Positions 41,497 through 52,395 of a stretch of DNA of 64,000 nt are shown piece after piece (the stretch's first letter is position 1; every line of letters begins with the position of its first letter). Origin of the DNA: an uncultured cyanobacterium (GTDB lineage Bacteria > Cyanobacteriota > Cyanobacteriia > Pseudanabaenales > Pseudanabaenaceae). Below the pieces are notes generated by a model, which made no database searches, was not told the origin of the DNA, and worked only from the letters and a program-made list of their open reading frames with translations. The stretch spans positions 64,001 through 128,000 of the forward strand of contig OY969811.1 in assembly GCA_963703315.1 (NCBI GenBank), given 5' to 3'. A program made the position numbers and the translations under genes.

Positions 41497-42450
41497 TTAC
41501 AGAACTTTAGAAGCTTTAGACTCAGTTAAGGTCAAGCCAAGATGCTGTTTGAGGGCATCCATAACTTCTTCAGCCGACTTTTGACCAAAGTTTTTGATTT
41601 CCAGTAAATCGTCTTGGGTATATTCCAACAAATCAGCAACAGTATTAATCTGTGCACGTTTGAGACAGTTATAGGCTCTAACCGATAGTTGGAGTTCCTC
41701 AATATGAATCTGCTTAGTCTCATCCTGTTCGTCACGCTCTTGAGGCAGTGTTGGCGCAAGGGTGATTTCTTGTAAGGGTGAGAACAGATTCACTAATACA
41801 CTAGCTGCTTGGCTAAGTGCTTCTTGAGGAGTAATGCTACCGTTTGTCCAAATGTCGATTTGCAGACTCTCTTTATTGATCGCATCACCGATCCGAGCGT
41901 CCTTAATCTCATACTTGACCTTTCGCACAGGCATAAACACCGCATCAATTTTGAGGGTGTCAATAGGAGAACTGTGGTCTTCTTTAGAGCGATCTACGGA
42001 ACGATAACCTTTACCACGCTCAATTGTTAGTTCCATTTCCAAGGTTGCGCCCTCACTAAGAGTGGCGATGTATTGGTTAGGATTAACAATCTCGATATCA
42101 GATGGCAAAGAATGGAAGCTGGTAGCTGTAACTAGCTTTGGACCGCGCTCTACCAAACGAATGATCTGTGGTGCTGAGCTATAAGACTTCAACACTAGTT
42201 CTTTCAGGTTAAGCATCAAATCCAAAACGTCTTCCCGTACGCCTGGAATTGTCGCAAACTCATGGTTGACACCAGCAATGCGAACAGCAGTGACGGCCGC
42301 ACCCTCAAGATTGGAGAGCAATACCCGTCTGAGCGCATTTCCAATGGTAATGCCTTGCCCCCGATCTAGTGGCTCCAGTACGAATTGACTGTACTGGCTA
42401 TTGTCTTTTTCTGTGTGGGATGCAACGCACTCAACCTGAAACTGTGCCAT
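41497..42450 (-). CDS. rpoA: RNA polymerase alpha subunit
   Basis: EPLDRGQG.T.GNALRR, LSVRAYNCLKRA. Confidence 0.99.
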   Translation of the reverse strand: MAQFQVECVASHTEKDNSQYSQFVLEPLDRGQGITIGNALRRVLLSNLEGAAVTAVRIAGVNHEFATIPGVREDVLDLMLNLKELVLKSYSSAPQIIRLVERGPKLVTATSFHSLPSDIEIVNPNQYIATLSEGATLEMELTIERGKGYRSVDRSKEDHSSPIDTLKIDAVFMPVRKVKYEIKDARIGDAINKESLQIDIWTNGSITPQEALSQAASVLVNLFSPLQEITLAPTLPQERDEQDETKQIHIEELQLSVRAYNCLKRAQINTVADLLEYTQDDLLEIKNFGQKSAEEVMDALKQHLGLTLTESKASKVL

Positions 42451-42517
42451 ATTTGTACCGACTTAGTCTGCAAGAGTAAACGAAAATCAAAGGGGAAAAT
42501 TAGAGAATTGAAATAAA

Positions 42518-42583
42518 AATTACGAATTACGAGTTACGAATTTAGCTTTTAATTCTTTAATTCGTAATTTCTAATTCGTAATT
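42518..42583. repeat. STRR-type heptamer repeats (TTACGAA / TTCGTAA) in inverted arrangement
   Basis: aattacg aattacg agttacg ... taattcg taatttc taattcg taatt. Confidence 0.75.
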
Positions 42584-42585
42584 GA

Positions 42586-42981
42586 TTACACACGTCTGCG
42601 CTTTGGAGGACGGCAACCGTTGTGGGGAATTGGGGTAATGTCACGAATCAAGGTGATTTCTAGACCAGCAGCTTGTAGCGCTCTAACTGCTGTTTCACGT
42701 CCTGATCCAGGACCTGTAACCATTACTTCGACCTGACGCATTCCTTGCTCCATTGCTCTTCTAGCAGCAGATTCGGCAGCAGTTTGCGCTGCAAATGGAG
42801 TACCCTTCTTCGCGCCCTTAAAGCCACTAGCACCAGCCGAAGACCAAGAGATGACATCACCTACGGTGTCAGCGATCGTGACGATTGTGTTGTTAAAAGT
42901 AGACTGGATATAAGCGACTCCATTAGGGACATTACGCTTATTTTTGCGTGCGCCAGTTCTACGGGTTGTTTGACGAGCCAT
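42586..42981 (-). CDS. rpsK: 30S ribosomal protein S11
   Basis: [29 protein letters not shown]. Confidence 0.99.
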   Translation of the reverse strand: MARQTTRRTGARKNKRNVPNGVAYIQSTFNNTIVTIADTVGDVISWSSAGASGFKGAKKGTPFAAQTAAESAARRAMEQGMRQVEVMVTGPGSGRETAVRALQAAGLEITLIRDITPIPHNGCRPPKRRRV

Positions 42982-43001
42982 TGTTTCGTATTAATCCTTA
43001 C

Positions 43002-43385
43002 TTACTTCTTACCAGGTGCTTTCTTCTTACCAGCGACTGTGCGACGACCACCACGACGGGTACGCGCATTGGTACGGGTACGTTGTCCACGTACAGGTAG
43101 TCCCATACGGTGACGACGACCTCGGTAGCAACCAATGTCTACTAGGCGTTTGATGCTTAAACCTTCAAGACGACGCAGATCGCCTTCTACTTGAAAGTTG
43201 GATTCTACCTCTTGGCGTAAAGTTGTTACTTCAGGATCAGTAAGCTCTTTTACCCTTGTATCAGGGTTTATTTTGGTAGCTGCTAAGATTTTTTTGGCGC
43301 TAGTTAGACCGATACCGTATATATACGTTAGTCCTATTTCGATGCGCTTGTCACGAGGAAGGTCAACTCCTGCAATGCGAGCCAC
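43002..43385 (-). CDS. rpsM: 30S ribosomal protein S13 (GTG start)
   Basis: [25 protein letters not shown]. Confidence 0.99.
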   Translation of the reverse strand: MARIAGVDLPRDKRIEIGLTYIYGIGLTSAKKILAATKINPDTRVKELTDPEVTTLRQEVESNFQVEGDLRRLEGLSIKRLVDIGCYRGRRHRMGLPVRGQRTRTNARTRRGGRRTVAGKKKAPGKK

Positions 43386-43544
43386 TATAAGTCTCCCAAT
43401 TAGTTGTCAGTTTTCAATGTTACATTTGTCCCTGAGGACTGCTGTACAACCAAATCTTCGTGAGAGCGTGCGTTCTATGCAGTGGGTTAGCTACAATCGG
43501 CAGAAGCAAATTACGAAGAAGGCATATTTTACAGCGAACTCTAT

Positions 43545-43573
43545 AATATATTGACAATGGCAACTTCTGTCAA
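43545..43573 (-). promoter_or_regulatory. Sigma70 promoter of the rpsM operon
   Basis: Minus strand TTGACA-17 bp-TATATT about 160 bp upstream of rpsM. Confidence 0.7.
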
Positions 43574-43646
43574 GATTAGTCAAGTTTTTTGCAATTACCA
43601 AGTTGTTGTCATGAAGTCATGCCCCACCCTAACAACTTGGCAATTG

Positions 43647-44276
43647 CTAATTATCCCGATCGCTGTCTAAAGCACCAACTCCAGAAATGGATCGGTAATT
43701 GTAGCTGAGAGAAGGGCTAGTGTTTGGAGTTTGTGAACGTGAAATTTTCATGATATCGTCTTTGATGGCTTCGAGATCGACATAGCGATCGGCAACGTTA
43801 ATTAAATGATCGCTGGTCATTGATCGCAGGCTGACGACTTCGACACGTACGCCCCGATAACTAGCAGCATCAACCGCATAGGCAAGATCCCCATCACCGC
43901 TAACTAATACGGCTGTGTCATAGGAACCAATTAATGCCATCATATCTACGGCGATTTCCACATCAAGGTTGGCTTTTTTGGAGCCGTCGGGTAACTGCAC
44001 GAGTTCCTTGGAGATGACGCGGTAACCATTACGGCGCATCCATAATAAAAATCCTTGTTGCTTTTCGTTAGTGCGATCAACGCCTGTGTAGAAAAAAGCA
44101 CGAAGTAACCGAGAACCATCGGTAAGGCATAAAAGCAACTTGGTATAGTCGATCTCAATGCCTAATTGGAGGGCAGCGTAGAAAAGATTAGAGCCATCAA
44201 TAAAGATGGCAACGCGCCCTCGATTTTCTAAAATTTGGTCTGGCTTAAAACCAGAATCTTGCTCGAACGGTAACAT
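43647..44276 (-). CDS. NYN/LabA-like (DUF88) PIN-fold protein
   Basis: IFIDGSN, KANLDVEIAVDM, VSGDGD; start taken at ATG 44276. Confidence 0.9.
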   Translation of the reverse strand: MLPFEQDSGFKPDQILENRGRVAIFIDGSNLFYAALQLGIEIDYTKLLLCLTDGSRLLRAFFYTGVDRTNEKQQGFLLWMRRNGYRVISKELVQLPDGSKKANLDVEIAVDMMALIGSYDTAVLVSGDGDLAYAVDAASYRGVRVEVVSLRSMTSDHLINVADRYVDLEAIKDDIMKISRSQTPNTSPSLSYNYRSISGVGALDSDRDN

Positions 44277-44732
44277 ATTTTTGCCTATAGAACGTTTGTT
44301 ATCTAGTGCCGAGGGATGAAGCTTGGGTATTAGCATGGATACTTAAAACCGTCCTAAGTGTTTACCTAATTCAGAAGAACCTCTTAAAACCTTTTAATAA
44401 ACTGATGCACGTTTTGATAGAAATCCAATTAGGAATCTAGCATTGGACGCTAAAAGTAATCTTTAACAAAACAACTAGCCTTATCCCAAGACTATTTACA
44501 AAATAGATTTAAGTAAATTTGAGATGAATTGAAAAATTTGAAATAAGTTAAAAAATATATATAATAAATTTTTTATGAACTAGCTATAACAGCAATTAAT
44601 TTACTTTTATACCTTATTTTCAACTATACACCATAAGTAAATATACTTAGAGGAGTAGCTTTTAGTAATTATTGTGGTAAATCTAAAAAATCTACAAGGG
44701 TATAAAACTTTGGTGATTAAATCTACTGCAAC

Positions 44733-46301
44733 TCAAGTAGTTTCAATGCGTTGAAAGATGGGTACTGGGGTGGCTAGGGAAGTACCTGATTTTAGTATTC
44801 CCCAATTTGAATGACTCCAATCAGGAGGAGATGTTTCGTTAAATATCAAGCCTAATTGCTGATAAGCAGCAATGCTGAGCTTAGGAGTAATTGGGGAAAG
44901 TAAGTAGACCGCAATGCGGACTGCTTCTAGCAAAGTATATAAAGTTTCATTAACTTCCTGTTGTTTACCTGCTTTGAAAAGTTTCCAAGGTGCAGTTTCA
45001 TCAATTAATTTGTTGCAATTCCAGATTAATTCCAAAATTTGCTCGGCAGCCCCACGAAAGTCGAGATTTTGATACTTAATCGCAACGCGATCGCCTAAAT
45101 TTGTTGCCTGTTCGATGATGGGAATAATTAACTCAGAAACTTCACTGCGATCGCGGGGATCATGGGCAGGTATGGTTTGTTGAGAATATTTATTTGCCAT
45201 GCCGAGGCTGCGATTGAGTAAGTTACCCAAGCTATTAGCAAGATCCGCATTAACGATCGCTATAAATCTATCTTCGCTAAAGTCGCCATCCCGCCCAAAT
45301 TCAATTTCCTTTAAGAAATAATATCGAATGGGATCAGCCCCATAGCGATCAACTAGTTCATAAGGATTAATTATATTACCTAATGTTTTCCCCATTTTTA
45401 AGCCATCTTTTGTCAGCAAACCATGACCAAACACCCGTTCTGGCAATGCTAACCCTGCGGAAAGTAACATCGCTGGCCAATAAATCGCATGAAATCTTAA
45501 GATATCTTTACCAATAATATGCAAATTGAAGGGATACCACTTTTTTAGGGCATTTTCGAGGGTCGGTTCATCGTCTGGATCGAGCAGTGCGGTGACATAG
45601 CCGAGTAAAGCATCGAACCAAACATAGATGGTATGGCTAGGGTCGGTAGGAATGGGGAAGCCCCAGTCAAGATTGACGCGGGAGATCGAAAAATCCTGTA
45701 AGCCTTGTTTCATAAAGCCCAAAACTTCATTGCGACGGCTTTCAGGCTGGATGAAGTCAGGATGTTCCTCATGGAACTTATCGAGAGCATCCTGATATTT
45801 AGATAGACGGAAAAAATAATTTGGCTCGTCACGCCATTCACAAACGACATTGGTGTGGGTGGGACAGTGATGACTTTCGGGAAGCTCACGTTCTTCTTTA
45901 AATTCTTCGCAAGCGACGCAATACCAACCTTTTTGCTGATTTAAGTAAATATCACCTGATGCATAGACCCGTTGAAAAAATTCGTTAACGATCGCCTGAT
46001 GTTTCGGTGCGGTGGTGCGGGTGAAGCGATCAAAGCGAATATTAAACTTTTCCCAGAGTGTATAAAATTCGGCAACGGTGCGATCGCAGTGTTCTTGAGG
46101 CGATAAATTATTTTTTTCGGCAGTACGCTGAATTTTTTGTCCATGCTCATCCGTACCTGTCACAAACATTACAGGATGTCCTTTCAGCCGATAAAACCTA
46201 GCAAAAGCGTCAGCAGCGATCGTCGGATAGGCGCTACCTATATGTGGGCGATCATTGACATAAAAAAGTGGTGTGGTTAAAGCGATCGGTTTTAGGGACA
46301 T
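44733..46301 (-). CDS. metG: Methionine--tRNA ligase
   Basis: TTPLFYVN..HIGSAY, GTDEHGQK, YVWFDAL, GKDILRFH, KMGKT. Confidence 0.97.
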   Translation of the reverse strand: MSLKPIALTTPLFYVNDRPHIGSAYPTIAADAFARFYRLKGHPVMFVTGTDEHGQKIQRTAEKNNLSPQEHCDRTVAEFYTLWEKFNIRFDRFTRTTAPKHQAIVNEFFQRVYASGDIYLNQQKGWYCVACEEFKEERELPESHHCPTHTNVVCEWRDEPNYFFRLSKYQDALDKFHEEHPDFIQPESRRNEVLGFMKQGLQDFSISRVNLDWGFPIPTDPSHTIYVWFDALLGYVTALLDPDDEPTLENALKKWYPFNLHIIGKDILRFHAIYWPAMLLSAGLALPERVFGHGLLTKDGLKMGKTLGNIINPYELVDRYGADPIRYYFLKEIEFGRDGDFSEDRFIAIVNADLANSLGNLLNRSLGMANKYSQQTIPAHDPRDRSEVSELIIPIIEQATNLGDRVAIKYQNLDFRGAAEQILELIWNCNKLIDETAPWKLFKAGKQQEVNETLYTLLEAVRIAVYLLSPITPKLSIAAYQQLGLIFNETSPPDWSHSNWGILKSGTSLATPVPIFQRIETT

Positions 46302-46388
46302 ACAAGACTCAGTACGGTGCTACTACCATTTTGCAAAAAAATGGTGGTAAATGTGACATTTTTTCCAAAAAACCAGAATTTAACGATC

Positions 46389-46853
46389 ATGAAAAATCTG
46401 AAATCACATCAAAACTGGATGGATCGGGCGATCGCCTTGGCTAAAGAATCTGGTGAAGCTGGTGAAATTCCTGTGGGAGCGGTACTTGTGAATAATAGAG
46501 GAGAGGCGATCGCTACGGGTGTAAATCGTAAAGAACGCGATCAAGATCCCACTGCCCATGCGGAAATTGTGGCGATTCGCAATGCTACTAGATTGCTCAA
46601 AGATTGGCATCTCACGGGATGTACGCTTTATGTCACCCTAGAACCTTGCCCGATGTGTGCGGGCGCAATTTTGCAAGCGCGAGTTAGTACTTTAGTTTAT
46701 GGCGCTGATGATCCTAAAGCAGGGGCAATTCGGACTGTGGCAAATTTGCCCGATAGTCCTGTTTCGTTTCATAAACTAGAGGCGATCGCAGGAATTCGCG
46801 AACGTGAATGTCAAGAATTACTACAAGCTTGGTTTAAAAATCTCAGAAAATAA
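46389..46853 (+). CDS. tadA: tRNA adenosine(34) deaminase
   Basis: GEIPVGAV, DPTAHAE, TLEPCPMC. Confidence 0.93.
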   Translation: MKNLKSHQNWMDRAIALAKESGEAGEIPVGAVLVNNRGEAIATGVNRKERDQDPTAHAEIVAIRNATRLLKDWHLTGCTLYVTLEPCPMCAGAILQARVSTLVYGADDPKAGAIRTVANLPDSPVSFHKLEAIAGIRERECQELLQAWFKNLRK

Positions 46854-46888
46854 TTAAGGCTGCATCGCAGCCTTAATTATTTTCTGAG
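46842..46888. terminator. Perfect palindrome, 22-bp arms, between convergent genes
   Basis: ctcagaaaataattaaggctgc-atc-gcagccttaattattttctgag. Confidence 0.75.
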
Positions 46889-47338
46889 TTACTTACTACA
46901 TAGAGTATTGATGCGATCGACAATCTCGCTTTCCTTACCTGTCGCAACTTCAAATTCTTTCTTTGCCTTTTCTAAGGCAGTTTTATCTTTAGCATCTGTT
47001 GCTTTTACCTGAGCCTTCAGAGCTTGGGAAACATCCCCATACATCCCCAACAATTCTACCTGGACCTCTTTGAGCTTGGCATCTTGGACAGCTACAGCCT
47101 GTACTTCAGTGCGAACTTGCTCAATACTGTCTGCAAGTGAAGTAAAACCTGAAGTATCCTTAGGGGCTACCAGAGTTTTCGCTTTATTGGCAACGGTAAC
47201 AAATTTGTTGCATTGAACAACCCAATTTTCCCCACAACCATAAAGGAAGAGTCCCACAACCAAAGTAATAGCACTAAAAGCAGTGTAACGATTAAGCCGA
47301 TTTGAGAAAGTATGGCATGAAGACTTTTGAAGTTGCAT
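46889..47338 (-). CDS. Putative helical lipoprotein
   Basis: Lipobox LYGC; Cys near both ends of the mature part. Confidence 0.65.
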   Translation of the reverse strand: MQLQKSSCHTFSNRLNRYTAFSAITLVVGLFLYGCGENWVVQCNKFVTVANKAKTLVAPKDTSGFTSLADSIEQVRTEVQAVAVQDAKLKEVQVELLGMYGDVSQALKAQVKATDAKDKTALEKAKKEFEVATGKESEIVDRINTLCSK

Positions 47339-47477
47339 TATGTTTAAGTGCCGATTGTCCAAATTTATGGTTTTCGATTGTTCGAGTGTCTAAAAATTCT
47401 AAAATGTTTTAGCGGACTAAAGCTAACTCCCAAAAAATAAGCGATCGCCTTCACTAGACTTTGAGGCACTGGTCAAC

Positions 47478-47584
47478 TAATACCAAAACTAAAAATGGCG
47501 TAGCCATTTTTAGTTTTAAAAACCCTTACTGGATTTGTTTTTCAATTCACAAAAGTGTCGTCACACTTTTGTGAATTGCTATTA
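47478..47584. repeat. Composite dispersed repeat (two hairpins; TAATACC...GCTATTA ends)
   Basis: aaaactaaaaatggc-gta-gccatttttagtttt and caattcacaaaagtgt..acacttttgtgaattg; left part homologous to 36551-36700. Confidence 0.65.
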
Positions 47585-47636
47585 GCAAGCTTTCTCAAGA
47601 GGTAATGATAGGCGGCGCGAAGCGCCGCCTATCATT

Positions 47637-49166
47637 TTAATTTGTAATTAAATTCACTAAGGTGCGTACCGCAAAACCAGTGCCGCCAGCATTGTTGTAG
47701 CCTGACTCGCGATCGCTCCAGACAGGTCCCGCGACATCAAGGTGCGCCCATGCTTTTGTTTTTTCGACAAATTGCTTTAGAAATAAAGCGCCTGTAATTG
47801 CCCCACCTGCGCGAGAACCTGTATTTTTGAAATCGGCAACCACAGATTTCAATTGGTCGAAATAGGGATCTTCGAGGGGCATCCGCCAGAATTTTTCGCC
47901 AGCGTCTTTCGCAGCTTTGGCGACCGCCTCTGCCAAATCTTCATCAATCGACCACATCCCCGCAATATCTTCACCCAATGCGACCACACAAGCACCTGTC
48001 AATGTGGCGAGATCAATGATCGCATCGACACCTAGTTTGTCGGTATAGACGAGGGCATCAGCAAGGGTCAGACGACCTTCTGCATCAGTATTATTAACCT
48101 CAATGGTTTTGCCATTAGAAGCAGTGAGGATATCCCCAGGGCGCATCGCATTGCCATTAACCATATTTTCGCAAGTGGCAACAATGAAATGCACTTCGAT
48201 ATCGGTGGGTTGCAGATGGGCGATCGCCTTCGCTGCACCAAGGGCTGCCGCCGAGCCACCCATGTCGGTTTTCATCAGTTCGATGCTGCTACCTACACCT
48301 GTTTTTAGGTTCAAGCCGCCCGAATCAAAAGTTAAGCCCTTGCCCACGATCGCGAGTTTACGCTTGGGCGTACCGTTGTTATAGGTGAGATGAATAAATT
48401 TTGGTGGGATATCGGAAGCCTTTGCCACACCCAGAAATGCCCCCATGCCTAAGGCTTCGCAATCGGCTTGTTCTAGGATTTTGGCAGTGAAATACTCTGA
48501 CTCATTGGCGATCGCTACAGCAGTTTCGGCAAGAGTAATGGGCGTAACGATATTGGCAGGAGCCGATACGAGTTCTCGCGCCAAGATGACACCATCGACA
48601 ATTTGCTGGGCTTTAGCGATCGCCGCATTGGCTAACTCAGGATTCGTTTCCAAAACTTCTACTTGATCCACAATCCAAGGCTGAGCATTTTTTGACTTAA
48701 AGCGTTTGTCTTGATGAGCAGCGAGCAATATACCTTCGGCGATCGCTTGAGTCGTAGTGCTGACATCTTGGTTATAGTCAGGAAAAGCCAAAGCTAATTT
48801 TTTTACCTTCTCTTTATTTGCCCACTTCACCGCCGATGCTGCGGCTTTACGCCAAGTGTCGGCATTAGCTTTTGCAGGATCACCTAATCCGATCAACATC
48901 ACTTTACGAATGGCGTAGTCCACGCCAATGCGCCCACTAACTGATGACCCCAGCTCCCCTGTAAATTCTGCCTCCGTAATCAAGTCTTTTAAGGTGCAAG
49001 CTAAGACCTTGATATCGAGATTATTTAATGCGAAGGATAGTTCTAGAGGTTTTTTCTCTTGTGGTTCTGATTGCTCATCACTAGTTTTAGGAGCCGCAAA
49101 AACAGCGATCGCCAGAGCATCACCATGCCAAGTTTGGGGCGAAGTTACTAACGGAATAATCTTCAT
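47637..49166 (-). CDS. pepA: Leucyl aminopeptidase (M17)
   Basis: [38 protein letters not shown]. Confidence 0.97.
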   Translation of the reverse strand: MKIIPLVTSPQTWHGDALAIAVFAAPKTSDEQSEPQEKKPLELSFALNNLDIKVLACTLKDLITEAEFTGELGSSVSGRIGVDYAIRKVMLIGLGDPAKANADTWRKAAASAVKWANKEKVKKLALAFPDYNQDVSTTTQAIAEGILLAAHQDKRFKSKNAQPWIVDQVEVLETNPELANAAIAKAQQIVDGVILARELVSAPANIVTPITLAETAVAIANESEYFTAKILEQADCEALGMGAFLGVAKASDIPPKFIHLTYNNGTPKRKLAIVGKGLTFDSGGLNLKTGVGSSIELMKTDMGGSAAALGAAKAIAHLQPTDIEVHFIVATCENMVNGNAMRPGDILTASNGKTIEVNNTDAEGRLTLADALVYTDKLGVDAIIDLATLTGACVVALGEDIAGMWSIDEDLAEAVAKAAKDAGEKFWRMPLEDPYFDQLKSVVADFKNTGSRAGGAITGALFLKQFVEKTKAWAHLDVAGPVWSDRESGYNNAGGTGFAVRTLVNLITN

Positions 49167-49224
49167 GATCTACAGGGTTGTTAAGTTTTGTCGCTATATT
49201 ACACCAATGCAAGTTTTGCTTAGG

Positions 49225-49308
49225 ATCTAAAACCCAAAGAAATGAAGGCGGTGCTTCGCACCGCCTTCATTTCTTTGGGTTTTAGATTTAATTGCGCCCA
49301 GCTACTTA
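49225..49308. mobile_element. Perfect 30-bp-arm palindrome plus the right end of a TAAGTAGCT MITE
   Basis: atctaaaacccaaagaaatgaaggcggtgc-ttc-complement, then ttaattgcgcccagctactta. Confidence 0.7.
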
Positions 49309-49549
49309 CTGTCTTGCTGTCAGAAATCACTGGGGACGCGAATAAATCGTGACATTACCCATGAAATCAGCGCCAACAGCTATAGAACTAAATTTTTCAG
49401 TTTGTACTACAATCTTTTATGGCATAAAGACATATTTTCAGTATCTTTAACCCGATTGCATGATGATTGTAATGTATTGGCTAGCAGAAGATGCTTTAAG
49501 TAAGGTATGTTGGCTGCTGTTTAACAGTGAGGAGTTGTAGACTAAAATT

Positions 49550-51259
49550 ATGCGAATTTCTTCCAGTTGGTTGACGCTTGGTGCGAGTTTATCGCTTCTG
49601 ATTCCAGCTTGGACAGCCAATGCTCAAGAATTTAACCTGCCTCTACGTCCTTTTAGCAAGGTCGTCTTGGAGCCTGACACCTCAATTCAGATCACTTCAC
49701 AACCTGTTTCTCCAAATACTGCGCCTCAACAGGTAGACATTGTTAAGCCTCAACCTGAATCAGTAAGCAATAAGCAGCAGAATATTGGCAAAACACAGGT
49801 AAAAGTTGCGGCATTACCTCAAGCCTCTACCTCAGAAATATCAAAATCAGCGAATTCCCAACCAATTGCTACTCCAGATAGTCAGCGATCGCAACCTCAA
49901 TTAGTCAGTTCTTCTACTGAACCCGCTAGAGTAATCCCTAGTGCAGCAGCTTCTAGCTCAGGACAGCTTGATCCCGCCCAGACTTTGGTTGTGCCAACTA
50001 CTCCCAGTCAAGTCAAACTGGAAACTACGAAACCAGTTACCCTCGAAGAAATTCTGGACTTGATTGAAAAAACAAATTCTGATGTGATTAATGCCAGAAT
50101 TAGCATAGATCGGTCGCGGGCTGCCTTGCGAGAAGCAGAAGCAGGGCGATCTCCTACAGTTTCGGGATCAGTCCAGTATAGCTACAGTGACTCAGCCCAA
50201 GCGCGACTCAGTAGCATTAATAACAATACCCCTTTAGGCAAAACTAATAGTAATCCCCTCACAGGTACGCTGGGAGTTAATTACAATCTCTTCGATTCAG
50301 GGGTAAACGATAATACAATCCGTGTGGCTGAAAACAACTTACGCATTGCGGAAGCAGATTTGAGTCGCATCAGGCAAACCATCCGCTTGAGTATTGTTAC
50401 CGCCTACTACAATCTCCAAAATGCGGATGAAACGATTCGCATTCGTCGTAAAGCTGTCGAAAATACCGAAAGAAGCTTAAAAGACACCCAAGCAAGAGAA
50501 AAAGCAGGGGTTGGCACCAAGTTTGATGTACTTCAATCAGAAGTCCAACTGGCTAATGCTAGGCAAGACCTACTGAATGCCGAAGCTGCACAACTAGTTG
50601 CTAGACGTGAATTGTCTCGTCAGCTTAACTATCCTGCGACCATCGAAATTACGGCGGCGGATAAAATTGCCCCCGTACCTGAATGGAAGTTGCCAGTAGA
50701 AGAAACAATTTTACTAGCAGTACGCAATCGGGCTGAGCTAGATATTCGGAAACTAGAGCGTGAAGTTGCTCGCGATCGCGCCAATACTTCCCTAGCGAGG
50801 TTAGGTCCTCAAGTGAGCGTATTTGCTAACTTTAATACTGCTTCTGAATTTACGAGTGGTAGTGGTATTGGCGTTGGCTATCAAGTTGGTGCAAGACTCG
50901 ATTGGAGCCTTTATGATGGCGGTAAAGCTGCGGCACAAGTAGATCAATTTAAAGCGGATCAATCCCTTGCCGAAAGCCGTTTTGAGCAGGCCGCCCGTCA
51001 AGCCCGTTATGATGTGGAAGAGTCATACATCAATCAGCGATCGCGCTTCCAACAAATCGAAACCGCCACCAAAGCCGTTAAAAGTGCTGAAGAAGCATTG
51101 CGTCTAGCCCGTCTTCGTCTTGATGCAGGAGTGGGGACACAGCTTGAAGTAATTACGGCGGAGTCAGATCTCACCCGTGCCGATGTCAACCGCGTCCAAG
51201 CGATTATCGGTTACAACCAGTCTCGTGCCAATCTCGAACGTGCTATCAGTGGATTATAA
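49550..51259 (+). CDS. tolC: TolC-family outer membrane efflux protein
   Basis: Signal peptide; two OEP repeats (AYYNLQ, GVGTKFDVL, AGVGTQLEV). Confidence 0.9.
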   Translation: MRISSSWLTLGASLSLLIPAWTANAQEFNLPLRPFSKVVLEPDTSIQITSQPVSPNTAPQQVDIVKPQPESVSNKQQNIGKTQVKVAALPQASTSEISKSANSQPIATPDSQRSQPQLVSSSTEPARVIPSAAASSSGQLDPAQTLVVPTTPSQVKLETTKPVTLEEILDLIEKTNSDVINARISIDRSRAALREAEAGRSPTVSGSVQYSYSDSAQARLSSINNNTPLGKTNSNPLTGTLGVNYNLFDSGVNDNTIRVAENNLRIAEADLSRIRQTIRLSIVTAYYNLQNADETIRIRRKAVENTERSLKDTQAREKAGVGTKFDVLQSEVQLANARQDLLNAEAAQLVARRELSRQLNYPATIEITAADKIAPVPEWKLPVEETILLAVRNRAELDIRKLEREVARDRANTSLARLGPQVSVFANFNTASEFTSGSGIGVGYQVGARLDWSLYDGGKAAAQVDQFKADQSLAESRFEQAARQARYDVEESYINQRSRFQQIETATKAVKSAEEALRLARLRLDAGVGTQLEVITAESDLTRADVNRVQAIIGYNQSRANLERAISGL

Positions 51260-51320
51260 AAAGAAGAGGGGCGCAAAGCGCCCCTCTTCTTTGCATAAAA
51301 ATCAAGACTAGAGATTAATT

Positions 51321-51623
51321 ATGGTCATAGCTGATGGATTTATTTACGCTTGTCTCTTGGCGATCGTCTTGATTACGTTATTCAGCATCCAATCAAGTAT
51401 CAATCGCCTTGAGCGAAAGATGAAACGCCTTGATCTTTCTCTAAGCTTACTCTTAAATCGGATGGAGGTTGAAGTTCCATCTCGACTGTCAGAGCGTGTC
51501 AAGCAGATGGCACTCGATCCCTATCGTAAAATAGAAGCAATTAAGATTTATCGAGAAGAGAATGGAACGGGGCTGAAGGAGGCAAAAGAAGCTATAGAAG
51601 ATTTTTTGGATAATAACAAATAA
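51321..51623 (+). CDS. Membrane-anchored protein with L7/L12 C-terminal-like domain
   Basis: N-terminal TM; KIEAIKIYRE..G.GLKEAKEAIE. Confidence 0.7.
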   Translation: MVIADGFIYACLLAIVLITLFSIQSSINRLERKMKRLDLSLSLLLNRMEVEVPSRLSERVKQMALDPYRKIEAIKIYREENGTGLKEAKEAIEDFLDNNK

Positions 51624-51706
51624 GTAGCTAGGCATAAGTAAACTTAAAACCTAGAAGCTTGTGCCGCCCGCGTAGCGGGCGGCACAAGCTTTGGTTTTGG
51701 GCTTTG
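51621..51706. mobile_element. TAAGTAGCT MITE, right end lost or merged with the queC 3' end
   Basis: First 47 nt identical to the 36560 copy; its TAA is the stop codon of the upstream gene. Confidence 0.75.
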
Positions 51707-51709
51707 ATA

Positions 51710-52390
51710 TTATGCATCCGCTTCAAGAATGGCGCGATCGCGAATTCGGCAGGAATCGCATACACCACAGGGGACTTCACCGCCTTGATAGCAAGACCAT
51801 GTGAGTTCAATCGGTACACCCAAGCGCCTTGCTCGTCTGACAATATCGGTTTTAGAATCCATGACTAAGGGCGCAACTAATCGTGGTGCATGACCTTCTA
51901 CTCCCACCTTAGAAGAAAGTGCGGCTAGTTTTTGGAAAGCTTCTAAATAATCAGGACGACAATCGGGATAACCAGAATAATCTACAGCATTAATTCCTAA
52001 ATAAATTGCCTCGGCTCCCTTTGATTCGGCGAGAGATAGAGCGATCGCAATAAATACGGTATTTCGCCCTGGAACATAGGTAATTGGAATCTCTCCAGTT
52101 TGCACACCTGCGGTTGGGATAGCAAGATCAGTGTCAGTTAAAGCCGAACCTCCCCACTGTGCCAAATTTACATCAACGATAAAATGGTCGCGCACATTCA
52201 AGGCGGCGGCAACTTGTCGTGCCGCTACTAACTCCCGTTCATGACGTTGACCATAGCGAAAAGATAGGGCGATCGCCTCATAGCCATCGGCGATTGCCTG
52301 TGCTGCCACCGTTGCCGAGTCCAAACCACCCGACAATAGAATCACGGCTTTTTTGACTGAATTTTTGGGTGAATTGTCTATATTAATCAT
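51710..52390 (-). CDS. queC: 7-cyano-7-deazaguanine synthase
   Basis: SGGLDS, YGQRH, YVPGRN, GYPDCR, SCY..CG.CDSC. Confidence 0.97.
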   Translation of the reverse strand: MINIDNSPKNSVKKAVILLSGGLDSATVAAQAIADGYEAIALSFRYGQRHERELVAARQVAAALNVRDHFIVDVNLAQWGGSALTDTDLAIPTAGVQTGEIPITYVPGRNTVFIAIALSLAESKGAEAIYLGINAVDYSGYPDCRPDYLEAFQKLAALSSKVGVEGHAPRLVAPLVMDSKTDIVRRARRLGVPIELTWSCYQGGEVPCGVCDSCRIRDRAILEADA

Positions 52391-52395
52391 TACTA

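Noticed and set aside
43647..44276. NYN protein as a defence nuclease
   Set aside because: It looks like the conserved cyanobacterial LabA/DUF88 protein beside metG, with native composition
44340..44730. Very AT-rich intergenic stretch as oriC or an ncRNA
   Set aside because: No clear DnaA-box cluster, no dnaA/dnaN, and no recognisable RNA structure; more simply the upstream region of the NYN gene
51628..51868. Short ORFs 51628-51843 and 51659-51868
   Set aside because: They span a MITE and the queC 3' end, so are likely artefacts
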